A stretch of 64,000 bases of DNA from assembly GCF_006345805.1 (NCBI RefSeq), contig NC_043013.1:22258001-22322000 (forward strand), read 5' to 3'. This DNA is from Octopus sinensis. Lineage: Eukaryota. This document shows, piece by piece, positions 13,164 through 25,360 of the stretch. A program made the translations under genes and the position numbers. A model generated the notes under the pieces. It worked only from the letters and a program-made list of their open reading frames with translations. It made no database searches and was not told the origin of the DNA. The first letter of the stretch is position 1. Every line of letters starts with the position of its first letter.

Positions 13164-14444
13164 CAAATATGCATGATGGCTGACAGCTTGTAAACAAATA
13201 TAAGCATCACTAACAAAAAAAAGATACCTGTGCAAAATTTTAGTTCCAATAAGGCTTGCACAACACCTCATTGACCCTCTCCATCCTATTGATATAACTC
13301 AAAGACAAGCTAAGGCATTTAATACCAATATGGGTCTCAGGCTCAGGAATGTAGGAGCACCATGTGCAAAGAAAAGCTCCTCAAAATGTCCAATGCCATT
13401 CCCTGCCTATCCAGTTTTATATCAGAGTGCCCTTCCCCTAGAGGCACGCTTTAACAAAAACTGAGGGTTGCTTTGCTCCCAATGGTCCTCCAGCATGCCT
13501 GACACAAACCTAGAAGTTCTGAGTGCCTGTACTATTGCAAAACTGTCGTTGAACCCCGACAGGGTTCATTTGTCCATTTGACAGGCCTTATTTCTGGTCT
13601 TGCTGAGTTTCTGCAGCAGCCCTCTTCACCAAGCTAGCCCATTGAGGCTGCCAGTTTAGTTGCTGATGCCCCAACCGGGCATCTGGTTGTACTGGGTTCT
13701 ATGCTACCAGCAGCACTCAACCTGTTAGATTAGAGATAACCCTGACATCTTCATGTAATAATTCAAAGAAGAATGAGAGTAAAATGGTTTCCAATGGTCA
13801 TTGGAAATGCTGAGAGTGCAGCTCTCACTTCTGAAATGTTTCTTGGGTTCTTGGCTGCTTAGAACAGTGGGCTTTGCCTCTACCTGGCTCCCATTTACAA
13901 CTATGTGAAGTAACCCGTTCGTATTTTGCCAGTTAATGTTATGATTACAGACATAATTCAAAATCTTTTTTGCCTTTTTTCCATTGCAGTGTGTGGGGTA
14001 ACGAAATCAGTGGCCAGGACTGTGGTGATGAAGCCGCTACATGGATATGTGACTATCTACAGAAAGATGGCTATCGTATGGTATATTCTGGGGACAATTT
14101 GGAAAAAAGAAACGTCAAACCTAAGCAGTATTCACCAATACAAAATGCACAGGTTTTCGTTATTTTCACATCACTTGTTTTTTTTTTGTTTTTTTTGTCA
14201 TATCATAAAAATGTTTTGTTTCTTTCACAAAGCTGACTGGTCTGCAGTATTACATATTACCATTACAGGCACATGTGTGATAAAAGGTTTGCTTCCCAAC
14301 CACATGGTTCTGGGTTCAGAGTCAGTGTGTGGCACATTGGGCAAGTGTATTCCACTATAACCTCAATCTAAAGCCTTGTAAATGGATTTGGCAGACAAAA
14401 CCTGAAAGAAGACCATCATATATATACATATATATATATATACG

Positions 14445-14481
<37 letters not shown>

Positions 14482-16347
14482 TTATATACAAGTTGATCCA
14501 TAGTTAAAAGTATTTCATCCAAGATGAACCAAAAACCTTGTGAGTGGATTTGGTAGATGGAAACTAAAAGATGCCTGTCCCCACTTCAAACATTGGGCAA
14601 TAATATTCACTTGCAAAGACCAGACCTGTTGAGGCAAGTGAAATTGTTGTTGTGGTCGTGTCAGTGGAATGTTAAAAGCATCATTTGAGCATGATTGCTG
14701 CCAGTGACCCCTGACTCGTTCCTGTGCTGGTGGCACGTAAAAAGCACCATTTGAGCGTGGTCGTTGCTAGCATCACCTGACTGGCTCCTGTGCAGGTAGC
14801 ACGTAAAAAGCACCATTTGAGCATGGTCATTGCCAGCATTGCCTGACTGGCTCCTGTGCAGGTAGCACATAAAAAGCACCATTTGAGCATGGTCGTTGCC
14901 AGCATTGCCTGACTGGCTTCTGTGCAGGTAGCTCATAAAAAGCACCATTTGAGCGTGCTCATTGCCAGCATTGCCTGACTGGCTTCTGTGCAGGTGGCAC
15001 GTAAAAAACACTATGGTCGATGCCAGTACCGCCTGACTGGCCCTCATGCCGGTGGCATGTAAAAGCACCCACTACACTCTCAGAGTATTCAGCATAGGAA
15101 GGGCATCCAGCTGTAGAAACATTGCCAGAACAGATTGGAGCCTGGTGCAGCCTTTTGGTTCACCAACCCTCAGTTAAACCATCCAACCCATGCCAGCATG
15201 GAAAGCGGATGTTAAATGACAACGATGATGATAATGATATGTGTGTGTGTGTGTGTGTGTGTGCATTGGCGAAATGAAGAGCATTCATCTGTTGAAAATC
15301 TGCCTCAACAAATTCTGTGAACATTAAATGATGATGATGATGCTGTTGTTTCTCTTTCAGTGTGTCTACCAAGACAGTTCACCCTACCACCTCCTGTCTC
15401 AGGCATCAATTGATGATATCAACAGCCGAATAAATAAAGAAGTCACAGTTTATAACTTCCGACCGAATATTCTTGTAGAAGGATGTATGGCTTTTGATGA
15501 GGTTAGTCCAGAATCTTTCCATTGAAGAATTCCTTAGCCTTACTTTTAGTCATTGTCTTAATATATAGACCAGTGGTTCCCAACCTGTGGTTCACGGACC
15601 CCTGGTGGTCTGCGAAAGTAGTACTAGGGGTCCTTGAGCATGTTAAGCTGACAGACCTTTCAATATCCTGGGGTCCATGGGAAAACTCATTTAAATACAA
15701 GGGGTCGTTGGCAGTGGAAAGGTTGTGAACCACTGATATGGACTTTTGCTAAGAAGGTTTTTGCAGTCCTGTATTACTGAGTTAAAATATGATTGATGTT
15801 GTTTTGTCCATTATTTTCCTTAAGAAAAAAATTAGTGTAGTATGTGTGTTGTTTATTTTTTTCTAGTCTGCAGAGAAGTGGCTAAAATTTGCCCTGTTTA
15901 TAATTCCCCCCCCCCCCATGTTACATATTTATTATATCATGCCTTGATACTGTGTGGACTAAGATCCCCGTTGACAGGCCACTGGTATTTATAAAGTGTT
16001 AAGCACCTGTGGTATGCAAATTAGGGACCCCTACATAAAATAGCTGCTGCATTTGTTGAATATATAAACAGTTTGACTGCTTGTTTCTTTGGAGACTGTC
16101 AGAATGATGTAGATACCTCTATGAGAACTCAATAAGGTTCGAAAATCAATTAAGGTTGTTCATCATTTTTTTTCAGTCTACAGAGAAATGGCTAAAATTT
16201 ACCCTGTTTATAATTATACCATGTTATATATATACAGTAATCCCAGGTCATATTACGGTTTATCATTTAAGTTTACATCGATTCCTCTGTGGTGTTGTTT
16301 TGCATTTATAATAAAATAAATATATACAAATTATAAAAATAATAATA

Positions 16348-16378
<31 letters not shown>

Positions 16379-19300
16379 ATTTGGCTCAAAAGCAAATAGC
16401 AAGGCCATGTAGGGGGACATGGAGTTAAGTACAGGGTGGTGTTCATGTAAAGAGTTCAGGCCACTTGAGGTCCAGGGAGGCTTTGAACAAAGCGGTCGTC
16501 GGCATCTTCACCATCTCATCTGGCAGCTTGTTCCACGGATCCGCAACCCGGACGGAGAAAGCTCCTCTCCTTCGATTGAGATGAAATCGTCGCAGGTAGA
16601 GCTTTTTGGAATGACCCCGCAGCCGACGCTCCGGAGCAGGAGTGAAGAACAGCTCTTTCGAGAGGTTACACTTCCCGCTTATGATGTTGTGGGCGAGAAT
16701 GAGATCACCACGGCGGCGGCGTTTTTCAAGAGAATAAAGGTCGAGCGTCCTCAGCCTTTCTTCGTAGGACAAATTTTTATACCATACGATACTGTTTCTA
16801 CTCCATGGATTTTCACCTATCGCAGCGGGTCTTGGAAGATAACACCCGTGATAGTCAAGCGATTACTGAAGATATTTATATACATGTTTCTTTTTGAAAT
16901 ATTTGCTTAAATGTTTCCTCTTTGTTAAAAGATATTTTTACATTCCTTATTTACTTTTGTTGTACACACATCACCAATGCTGTTCTTGCAATCCTGTTTG
17001 TTCTTTGATAATCCTTGTTCCTCCCCACTTACATCTGCTCTCATCTCCTCACACACACACATCTTCACAACACCCACCAAACCATCAAATGCATACACAC
17101 ATACACCACCACCACCCACTGCTCCACTTGCACACTTTTATACACACTAACACAGACACACTAACACCCCTTATGTCCACTTACACTTAGACTTGCATTG
17201 ACACGCCCAACCTTCCCTCCCTTCTTAACTGCCTCCCTACCAGCATTTGATTCTTCTCCCTCACTATTTCTCTTTCACACTCTGCTATTCTCTTCTTTGT
17301 TCTGCTGAGCGACTAACATCCAAAAGGTTAAAACACTTTCTATTTTCCTCCTTAGCCTTCAGCGAATGCACTTCTTCTCAAACTTCCTTCCTTCTCCGTT
17401 GTCCTTTTCACTCTTCATTGTATTTATGCTGTGTGTGTGTGTGTATCAGTGACGGATGGTGGTTGTTCTATTGAGTGTGCTGCCACACCCAATGCCACCA
17501 AATTTCAAGCAGTGCTATAACAAAAGTTTTCCATTAAGATTTGTCATTAAATTAATGAGTAAAGTTAATATTTGTAAGGAATTTGCCATTTTCAATGGGC
17601 GTGCACACCTAGCACATCTGGAATATACACCCCTGATATATATATGTGTGTATATCTATCTATCTATCTATCTATACATATATATTTATATATATATATA
17701 TATATATATATAGTGTAATAAATAAAATATATGCATACATACATACATATATGTAGTACCGACATCTACATGTATATATATACATGCATATATAAATATA
17801 TATAGGTGAGTACAGGACACCACAAATAGACGTAGAACTCAACGAGAAACGAAAACGTAAAAACAAACATGGAAACGGACTTTTTTTAACAACGAAAAAC
17901 AGAGTACAAGACAAACTACACAAGGAAAATTCCCCTTCATCAGCTGTCACACACACATATATAATAAATAATTAAATATTCAAAAATATTTATATAGACA
18001 TTATTATTAATTTTTATCATTAGTAAAATGAACAACAACAACAACAATACGCAACAATGCTGGCACCACATGTGCCCTATTATAATTAATTACACACACA
18101 CACATAATATAAAACTAATTTTATATAAAATAGAGTATTACAAAGGTGAGTCAAAAAGTAATGCCATTTTGTTTAGGACAGGTATAATTACCAACTCAGG
18201 AACATGTATCATACATCAAAATGAAGCTGGTCCTCTGTGGATCACATCCCTACTTCTCAACATAGTCACCGTTTCTCTCAATAGTAATGTTCCACCTTCA
18301 AATGAGAGCATGTATCCCTGCCCCATAAAATTCTGTTGACTGTTCTTTGAGCCACTTCTTCACTACAGTTTTCATTTCCTTGTCACTGGAAAAATATTTG
18401 TCTCTCAAACCCTCTTTCATGGGGTTGAAGAGATGATAGTCTAATGACGCGGAAGTGAAAACTGTAGTGAAGAAGTAGCTCAATCAACAGGATTTTGCGG
18501 GGCAGGGATACATGCTCTCATTTGAAGGTGGAACATTACTATTGAGAGAAACGATGACTATGTTGAGAAGTAGGGACGTGATCCACAGAGGACCAGCTTC
18601 ATTTTGATGTATGATACATATTCCTGTGCTGGTAATTATTCCTGTCCTAAACAAAATGGCATTACTTTTTGACTCACCCTCGTATCTAGAATTGTCTAGA
18701 ATGTCTGTATTGAGAAAAATCATTCAATATAAAGTATGGAAGATTAATAAAGTTTATTTACCGTAAGGATGTAATGTGTGTGTGTATATGTGTGTATACA
18801 TAATATATATATATATATAATTCATGATAGCATAGAAAATGGACTTTAAATGATGATATGATAAGGATACATATTGCTGCAATAATTAAACTAGTTATCC
18901 TCATTTTTGCATTTCTCATCTGATTTCTTTTATTTCCTTAGGATTGTTGGGATGAGATCCGAATTGGTACCAATGTGACATTTCATTACATAGAACCATG
19001 TAGCAGGTAATTATTCAACATGGAAGTAATTCTTAATTGTTATATTCAGGTGGTAATGGCACTGTGTAGAGAAGCAAGGAAGAGAGCCCCTACATGGTTG
19101 CTCAAACTGCTAAACATTGCAACCAGATTCCCCCCCACCCAAGTTAAACCATACTATCTTTAAAAAGGGAAAGGATCGGGAATAACATAGTTCTAATTGA
19201 TTTGATCATTGACCTGATCGAGAAGGGTTGACTACAACAACAACAACTATATAGAAACTATTTCATTGGGTCAAATCAGGCAAGTTGCTGTTTAGCCCCG

Positions 19301-20356
19301 GGTCAGCTCTGATTGAGGAAACTTATGATTGTGGCCATCTCCTTGTATTTTTAGATATAATGCATCTAAGATTATATTTTCTCCTTCCTTTTTTAAGACA
19401 ATAGCGTATGATTTGAGGTAGATGTGACTGATTTTTCAAGCAAGTTAGATGACCTAGCATGGTGTCGAGTTGCAAACAAACTGAGTTAGTGATCGTAAGT
19501 GTTTGAGTCATTTCACTTGAGTCACTCAATCTTGCTGCCCATTTGCTGTAATGCCACCTTCACTGATGCTTGAGCAGCCGTTGAGGCTCAGCCGACATTT
19601 CCATGGAACACATGTGTGGACATGTAGCTTTTATCCTTTTTTTTTTGTTTCCACCATTCGACTGTGGCTTTGTTGGAGGAACCCCTTGAAGGGTTTAGGG
19701 GAACAATTCAGCCACCCTGATACTTATTCTGAATCTGGTACTTATTCTTTTATCAGTCTCTTTTGCCATACTGCTAAATTACAAGGATGTAAACAAACCA
19801 ACACTGGTGTCAAGCAATTGGTGAAATGACAAATACAAAGACATGCCCATAAACTCCTACATACACATTTATTTGGCCCCAGGGCCATATTTTCTTTGAC
19901 TGTTTGTCCTCATCCACCATCCCAGATCATACTCTCTGTTGTTTTGCTTTGTTTGCTCTCGGCTCGAATTCTCCACCAGAAAACGTTTTTTTTTTGCAGG
20001 TACCACCAATTGGGAAGCACTCAGTCTTATTGTTAAAGGTGTGAACCTGAATATCACCAATTGGTTGATAACTAACGAAAGATTACGGACATTCTGTTTG
20101 TCTCCATTTTGTTTTTACATTCAGTACACGTTATGTCATTTATACATTTTTCCATTTATATATCAGTCGATGCCAGTGCCTCCTGACTGGCTCCCGTACC
20201 AGTGGCGCATAAAAAGCACTCACTACACTCTCAGAGTGATTTGCATTAGGAAAGGCATCCATCTGTAGAAACCTTGCCAGATCAGATTGAAGCCTGGTGC
20301 AGCCTCCCAAATTGCCAGTCTTCAGTCAAACCATCCAACCCATGCTATGATGATGA

Positions 20357-20430
<74 letters not shown>

Positions 20431-23267
20431 ATACATACATACATATATATATATATATATTTAAACATGCAGTTTCTATTTGCCAGTTTTACTTACTATC
20501 TATTGGTTAGCTCAGTGCTATAATAGAAAATGCTTGCCCAAGGTGCCTTGTAGTGCGATTGAACCTGGATTGCATGTAACTGCAAAGCAAGCTTCTTAAC
20601 CACATGGCATGGTGCAGGCAAGGCTAATTGTTTGAGACGTTTGACAGATTGCCCATAGGAACCCAAACATCAATGGTCCACTTTTGCTGAGCAAAAAGGT
20701 AATCTCCAACAGTGTCACTGTGCGGTACATAGCTCACAGCATATTGTGCCACAGACATCACCCTAGTCATCCCACTGCATCTCTGATATACCACCTTGGC
20801 CATCTTTACAACAGGTCCAAATAGTTAGAGACAAAAGAGACTAAGGTTTGTTGTCCAATCCAACCCTTCTTCATGAAAATCCAAGTCCTGTACAAGTGGC
20901 AACCTGAATTTCTTCAAGCCCTACAGATGGCAGACCTTATTCTGTGAGGGTTGAGAGTATGGCACATGCCTGTGACTATGAGATACCACTATTTCCATAG
21001 TTTCATCAAACCAAAGAACTTGTAGAAATGGGAGCAATAAGGAATCTCTGGTTGTCTGCATGATATGACTGCCTCTTCCATTGTTGGGGGTCTATGAGAA
21101 AAAATTCTTGGTTATATTCGGAAATGAAGAATAAACTATAGGGTTTAATGAAGAGGTTTAATGTAGGGCGGCGAGCTGACAGAATCGTTAGCACGCCAGG
21201 TGAAATGCTTAGTGGTATTCCGTCCACCGTTACGTTCTGAGTTCAAAAACCGCCCAGGTCAACTATGCCTTTCATCCTTTCAGGGTCGATTAAATAAGTA
21301 CCAGCTATGCACTGGGGTCAATGTAATCGATTTAATCCCTTTGTCCTTGTTTGTCCTTTCTATGTTTAGCCCCTTCTGGGCTATAAAGAAATATATAGGG
21401 TTTAATGAAGCGGATAAAATAAAAATGGTAATTTAAAAAGGAGAAGAGATTCTAAGGACTGATTACAAAAATAGAATATTTTCTTATTACAAAGATGTAT
21501 TAGTATGGCAAGTATTCTGATCTGAGATTGTCTGCTAAATCTGAAGTGATTACAGTGTGGAAGACAGAAATCAACAATCCACAAGCACACAAAACACAGC
21601 AACCTGTTCACTGATAAAAAAAATTCTGCTGCAATTCTGACATATCTTAAAGTCACATTAAAAGTTTTGATACTAAAAAATCCGTCATTTTGTTTTATTT
21701 TCTCTCATCTAGGTGCCTGCTTCCTTCTGTTGAACCAAACACAGGAGAGAAAGATCCAGAAATGGAACCTTTTAAAACGTTACAGAGGTATATATATCTA
21801 TCTTTATGAATACTTGTGTGTGTGTGTGTGTGTGTGTAAGCATCTGAAACTACTTTTTCTGGCTTTCATTGGTTTGGTGAAGGTATTTGGTAGAATTCCA
21901 TATTCAGTGATTTCATGTTCACCAAGTAATCTAGTTCCATGAGAACTCATATGCTGATGATTTGGGAAATTGGAGAGAAAATTCCAAGCATGGAAGCTAA
22001 ACCTTGCTCCTCGTTCTTTATATTTTTCTGCTCATCTTCTTTCATTCTTCCTTACACTCTTGTAACCTCTATTCACCCAGACCTTCAGCCCTTCTGTCTT
22101 AAGGGTCCACATAGACACCTCATCACTACTATTTTGTCTCATCCCACTCCACATCTATCGGCCCCACCACCCTCTCCTCAAAAATGTAAGTAGTCATTAC
22201 ATTCAACCATGAGAACCAGATCATCAGCATACAAGAGTTCTCGTGGGCAGCCAATCTTACACTCCACTGTGATGGTCTGTAAGACTTTGAGGGGAAAGAG
22301 GGAGCAGAGGACTGAACCATGATGAACTCCTACACTTTGTATACAGCTTGTACAACCCTTGCAAGCCATTTTCTTCTGGCCCCTTCTCTTGTGCTTTAAC
22401 TCCTCATCTAGCACAAATCTGTCTCTCTCAGGGTTTGTAGTCTCGCAAGCAGCATGGAGACCTTACTAGTGCTGGTGCCATAAAAAAAAAAAGCACCCAG
22501 TACAATCTGTAAAGTGGTTGGGGTTTGGAAGGGCATCCAGCAGTGGAAACCATACCAAAGTAGAGAGTGGAGCATAATGCAGTCCTTGTGCATCTTGTCA
22601 GATCCTGCGAAACCAACCAATCCAGACCGGCATGGAAGTTAAATGATGATTATACTGTATGTATATATACATATATATAAAATCCCTTTGCCCCCTCCTA
22701 CCTTTTCTCTCTCATATGTATGTACGTCCTGCTGTCGCATTTCAAGTTGGGAAAGAAACAAATGCGTCTTTGGTCTTCATTGAAGCAAGATAACATTTCC
22801 TCTCATCAACGATGACACAATCCAATTTATTTGACAAATTGTTGATTCCTCAGGCATAAAATCTTTCACATTTCAAAGCAAAGAAACATCCAATATCATT
22901 TCTTAATCTCTTCGCAATTAATAAACATTCGCCCCCCACCTCCACCCCTAATTAATGCTGTAATGAGATGAAAAGATTAAAGTCAGATGAAGCAAGGTGC
23001 CAAAATTTGAAACTCATTATTACTTACAATTAACTAATTAATTTTCCCCTCTCCATTACCTCTCTCTCTCTCTCCCTCCTTTCTTCCCTTCTCTCTCCAT
23101 TTCCCTGCTTCTCTTTATATTTTGCATTAATTCTTATAAATCTCTTTCTTTTAAATAGCTTCCGGGCCCCTCGTGGAACGAAATCCCCAAATTTTGGTAT
23201 TATGATCAGTCCTAACACTGAAGGATGGATTCAAGTTGGTGATCCGGTGTATGCTTTCCGGAAATAA
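10157..23267 (+). CDS. MTARC: mARC / MOSC-domain molybdenum-cofactor enzyme (mitochondrial amidoxime reducing component), 7 coding exons, 334 aa
   Basis: Hand-spliced CDS join(10157..10428,12465..12644,13990..14152,15361..15501,18942..19006,21713..21787,23159..23267) = 1005 nt, open to TAA. It carries mARC motifs YPVKSC, DR.WM, RQEP, GQDCGDEAA.W, DSSPY, NFRPNI, PCSRC, EP..TL, FG and VGDPVY. Paralogue (MTARC1 vs MTARC2) cannot be assigned. The start codon is the least certain part. Confidence 0.95.
11305..12350 (+). mobile_element. Cluster of Meta-domain-type SINE copies in mARC intron 1
   Basis: At least five repeats of ttcaaatt…gactttgcctttcatcc…ggggtcgat…aagtaccag, separated by (ATT)n. Confidence 0.75.
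12465..12644 (+). CDS. MTARC: mARC coding exon 2
   Basis: Acceptor tttgtttccag|G. (R)QWMFVRPNNAFLSQRQEPKMSLITP...NIILC. Donor TGCAG|gtataa. Confidence 0.95.
13990..14152 (+). CDS. MTARC: mARC coding exon 3
   Basis: Acceptor ccattgcag|T. (S)VWGNEISGQDCGDEAATWICDYLQKDGYRMVY...NAQ. Donor CAG|gttttc, phase 0. Confidence 0.95.
14620..15240 (+). mobile_element. SINE/LINE-tail element (RTE-type 3' end) with internal 66-bp minisatellite
   Basis: aaagcacc recurs at 14741, 14807, 14873 and 14939 (period 66). It is followed by cccactacactctcagag…aagggcatccagctgtagaaac…catgccagcatggaaagcgga and a (GAT)n tail. The same tail occurs at 20170..20360 and 22465..22655. Confidence 0.7.
15361..15501 (+). CDS. 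MTARC: mARC coding exon 4
   Basis: Acceptor tctctttcag|. CVYQDSSPYHLLSQASIDDINSRINKEVTVYNFRPNILVEGCMAFDE. Donor GAG|gttagt. Confidence 0.96.
16235..16868. mobile_element. TA-targeting MITE interrupted by a CR1-type LINE
   Basis: Left end ta|cagtaatcccaggtcatattacgg. Right end reverse complement cagtaatcgcttgactatcacggg. Confidence 0.55.
16353..16770 (-). mobile_element. 5'-truncated CR1-clade LINE 3' end
   Basis: Uninterrupted ORF2 C-terminus YEERLRTLDLYSLEKRRRRGDLI…RGHSKKL…FSVRVADPWNKLP, then a short UTR and (TAAC)n tail. Confidence 0.88.
17805..17950 (-). mobile_element. Possible Penelope pLTR-like fragment
   Basis: The minus strand starts gacag-CTGATGA-aggggaattttcctt, but no GAAA half is found. 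It lies in (TA)n context. Confidence 0.35.
18141..18682. mobile_element. Palindromic mariner-derived MITE (two inverted transposase 3' ends)
   Basis: TA-flanked TIRs c(g/a)a(g/a)ggtgagtcaaaaagtaatgcc. Arms 18141..18387 and 18443..18682 are mutual reverse complements and encode a mariner C-terminal remnant (VKKWLKEQSTEFYGAGIHALI.RWN…DYVEK). Confidence 0.85.
18942..19006 (+). CDS. MTARC: mARC coding exon 5
   Basis: Acceptor atttccttag|. DCWDEIRIGTNVTFHYIEPCS-R. Donor AGCAG|gtaatt, phase 2. Confidence 0.94.
21165..21390 (+). mobile_element. Meta-domain-type tRNA SINE
   Basis: ggcgagctgacagaatcgttagcac…gagttcaaa…gcctttcatcctttcagggtcgattaaataagtaccag. Confidence 0.8.
21713..21787 (+). CDS. MTARC: mARC coding exon 6 (contains the predicted Mo-ligating Cys)
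   Basis: Acceptor tctcatctag|G. (R)CLLPSVEPNTGEKDPEMEPFKTLQ. Donor CAGAG|gtatat. Confidence 0.94.
22050..22440 (-). mobile_element. RTE-clade LINE reverse-transcriptase fragment
   Basis: GVHHGSVL…PRELLYADDLVL (RT YADD motif), degenerate. Confidence 0.8.
23159..23267 (+). CDS. MTARC: mARC terminal coding exon 7
   Basis: Acceptor ttttaaatag|C. (S)FRAPRGTKSPNFGIMISPNTEGWIQVGDPVYAFRK*, ending like human mARC (GTIKVGDPVY). Confidence 0.94.
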
Positions 23268-23268
23268 A
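23263..23268 (+). terminator. Candidate polyadenylation signal AATAAA overlapping the mARC stop codon
   Basis: Sequence cggAAATAAaat: the TAA stop lies inside AATAAA, followed by T/GT-rich sequence. Confidence 0.35.
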
Positions 23269-23955
23269 ATTTTCAATATTTTTGTATTTGCTATCAAAGA
23301 TAATATTGTAAAAAAAAAAAAAAAAAGAAAGAACAATAGATTATATTTTTTTTTATTTTATATCAAAATTTAAACAGTGAATTATTGAAAACATTAAAGT
23401 CTGACTAAATGACTTTGATTTACCTCCAAACGTAATGAGTTTAAACAGTTGATATTTACTTTCATTGTTCACTAAAATACCAGTAATATACGACTCCTTC
23501 AGCAATTCAGCTGAGTCTGTATCGTTGCTTGGAAAACCTAAGCCAAATTGAAAAAAGTTCTTATGTTCGAATTATGTCTGTTGAATGATGACGAGTTTTA
23601 ATTAATTTGTAGTAATTGATGCAACGAGAAGGCAGGACCAAACAGCTGTGCTGTTTTTATAGAATCCTTGACGCCCTTTACAACTGTATTTGGCATGGAA
23701 ACGGACAATCAAATTTTCGCGGTATTCCAATAAAAGCCAATTTACGTTTTGCTCTTATCTAGTGCAATCAGAATGAGAGGAAAAATCCTTTGATTCTTGC
23801 AGAGATTTGGATTCAGAATTCTACATTTTCATTTTATGTCTTTGGTTACAAGACTTTCTTGTGAGTGTTGTAGAATAGCATCTCTTCAACTCTGTTCTCC
23901 TGTTTGAATATTTTAGGAATTGTCCGAAGATTCGGCACACCAGAGAAATGCCACC

Positions 23956-23992
<37 letters not shown>

Positions 23993-24814
23993 CTTAATGG
24001 ATATTCAGTCATGCTGTTACTGGAAGTGAGGTCACCTCACGTAGAAGTAACTCGCAAATTCTAGACTTTGAAGTATTTAGTTGTGTGAGGTGATGAATGG
24101 CAGGGAGATAGCAGGTTGAGCACTCTATGTGTACACACACGTAAATGTACATAGAAAATTTTGTGTTCTTTCTTTTAACAGCCTTGGTGCATTAAATGAA
24201 TATATAAAATCACATAACATAAATATATCATTATTTTCTCTCAAACAATCCAGTTTTATTCTTTTAAGTTCCATGTCATTCCAGAAGACATACACATTTC
24301 TTTAGAGAAAAGAGATGGCACTGCAGCACAATTTAAACTTTTGTAGAATATTGGTATTGGTGCCATTTAGCATGTTTGTGTGTGTCCAAGCCAAATGGAA
24401 AATGAGCCGGGAATGTCTGTGTAATATTCTGATGCCTATCAAATCATGCCATCTTTGAATCATTGTCCACTTATTTCTGTAAATGTTTCAAAAACTATGA
24501 CTTGAAGTAGAACAAATTGAATAAAATTCTATTTTGAAATAATTTGGCTTGTTTGGTTTGTTGTTGTTTCATTGTAATTTAATTCTCCACATTCTGAGTT
24601 CAAATCTTGGTGGGAATCTATTTAGATTGTAATTTTTCTACACTATGAATGTTGTTTTCAGAATTACCCTTATTCACATTATGGCTTGAATTCCAGTCAT
24701 CTTCATCTGCCTTTTGACTGGATATATTGTCACGGTCTCAGACTAGATTTGAACTAGGAATTATTATTATTAGGGAAGATAGTTTTCATATGTGGAGGAT
24801 GCGCAGGAGCCATA

Positions 24815-25360
24815 AAAAATCTTTAGAAACTCGGGAAACTGATTCTCTCAAAAGCCTTGGTGGCTCATTAGAGGTAGGAGATAATTTCTGCTACCTAGAG
24901 GACCAAATTAGTAGCAAGAAGACTGCAATTGCTAGAAAAAGAATAGGATAGAGAAAATTCAGAGAGCTGTTACTTTTGTTAACCACAAAAGGTTTCTCCT
25001 TCCAAGTGAAAGGAAGATTGTATGATGCATGTATACATAGAGCAATTCTACAGGGTAGGGAGACGTGGGCCCTGAATGTAGAAGACATGTGATGGTTAGA
25101 AAGGAATGGGGTCAGTATGCTCTGCTGGATGTGTAATGTAAGTGTACAAGTTCAACAGAGTGCCACTGTTCTAAGAGAGAAGTTTGGCATAAGAAGGATT
25201 AGATGTAGTGTGCAAGAGAGAAGACTCTGCTGGTTTGGTCATGTGATGTGGAAGGATGCTGACAGCTCCTTAAAGAAGTGTGCCACTCTCAAAGTGGATG
25301 GAACACATGGTAGTGGGGAACCAGGAAATCATGGGATGAAGTATTGATGATGATGATGTT
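24815..25360 (+). mobile_element. RTE-clade LINE ORF2 C-terminal fragment
   Basis: VGDNFCYL…IGWRKFRELL…KGRLYDACI…ETWALN…RRLCWFGHVM, with stops and a (GAT)n tail. Confidence 0.85.

Noticed and set aside
14661-15068. ORF with 22-aa repeats
   Set aside because: It is the 66-bp minisatellite inside a SINE-like element in mARC intron 3.
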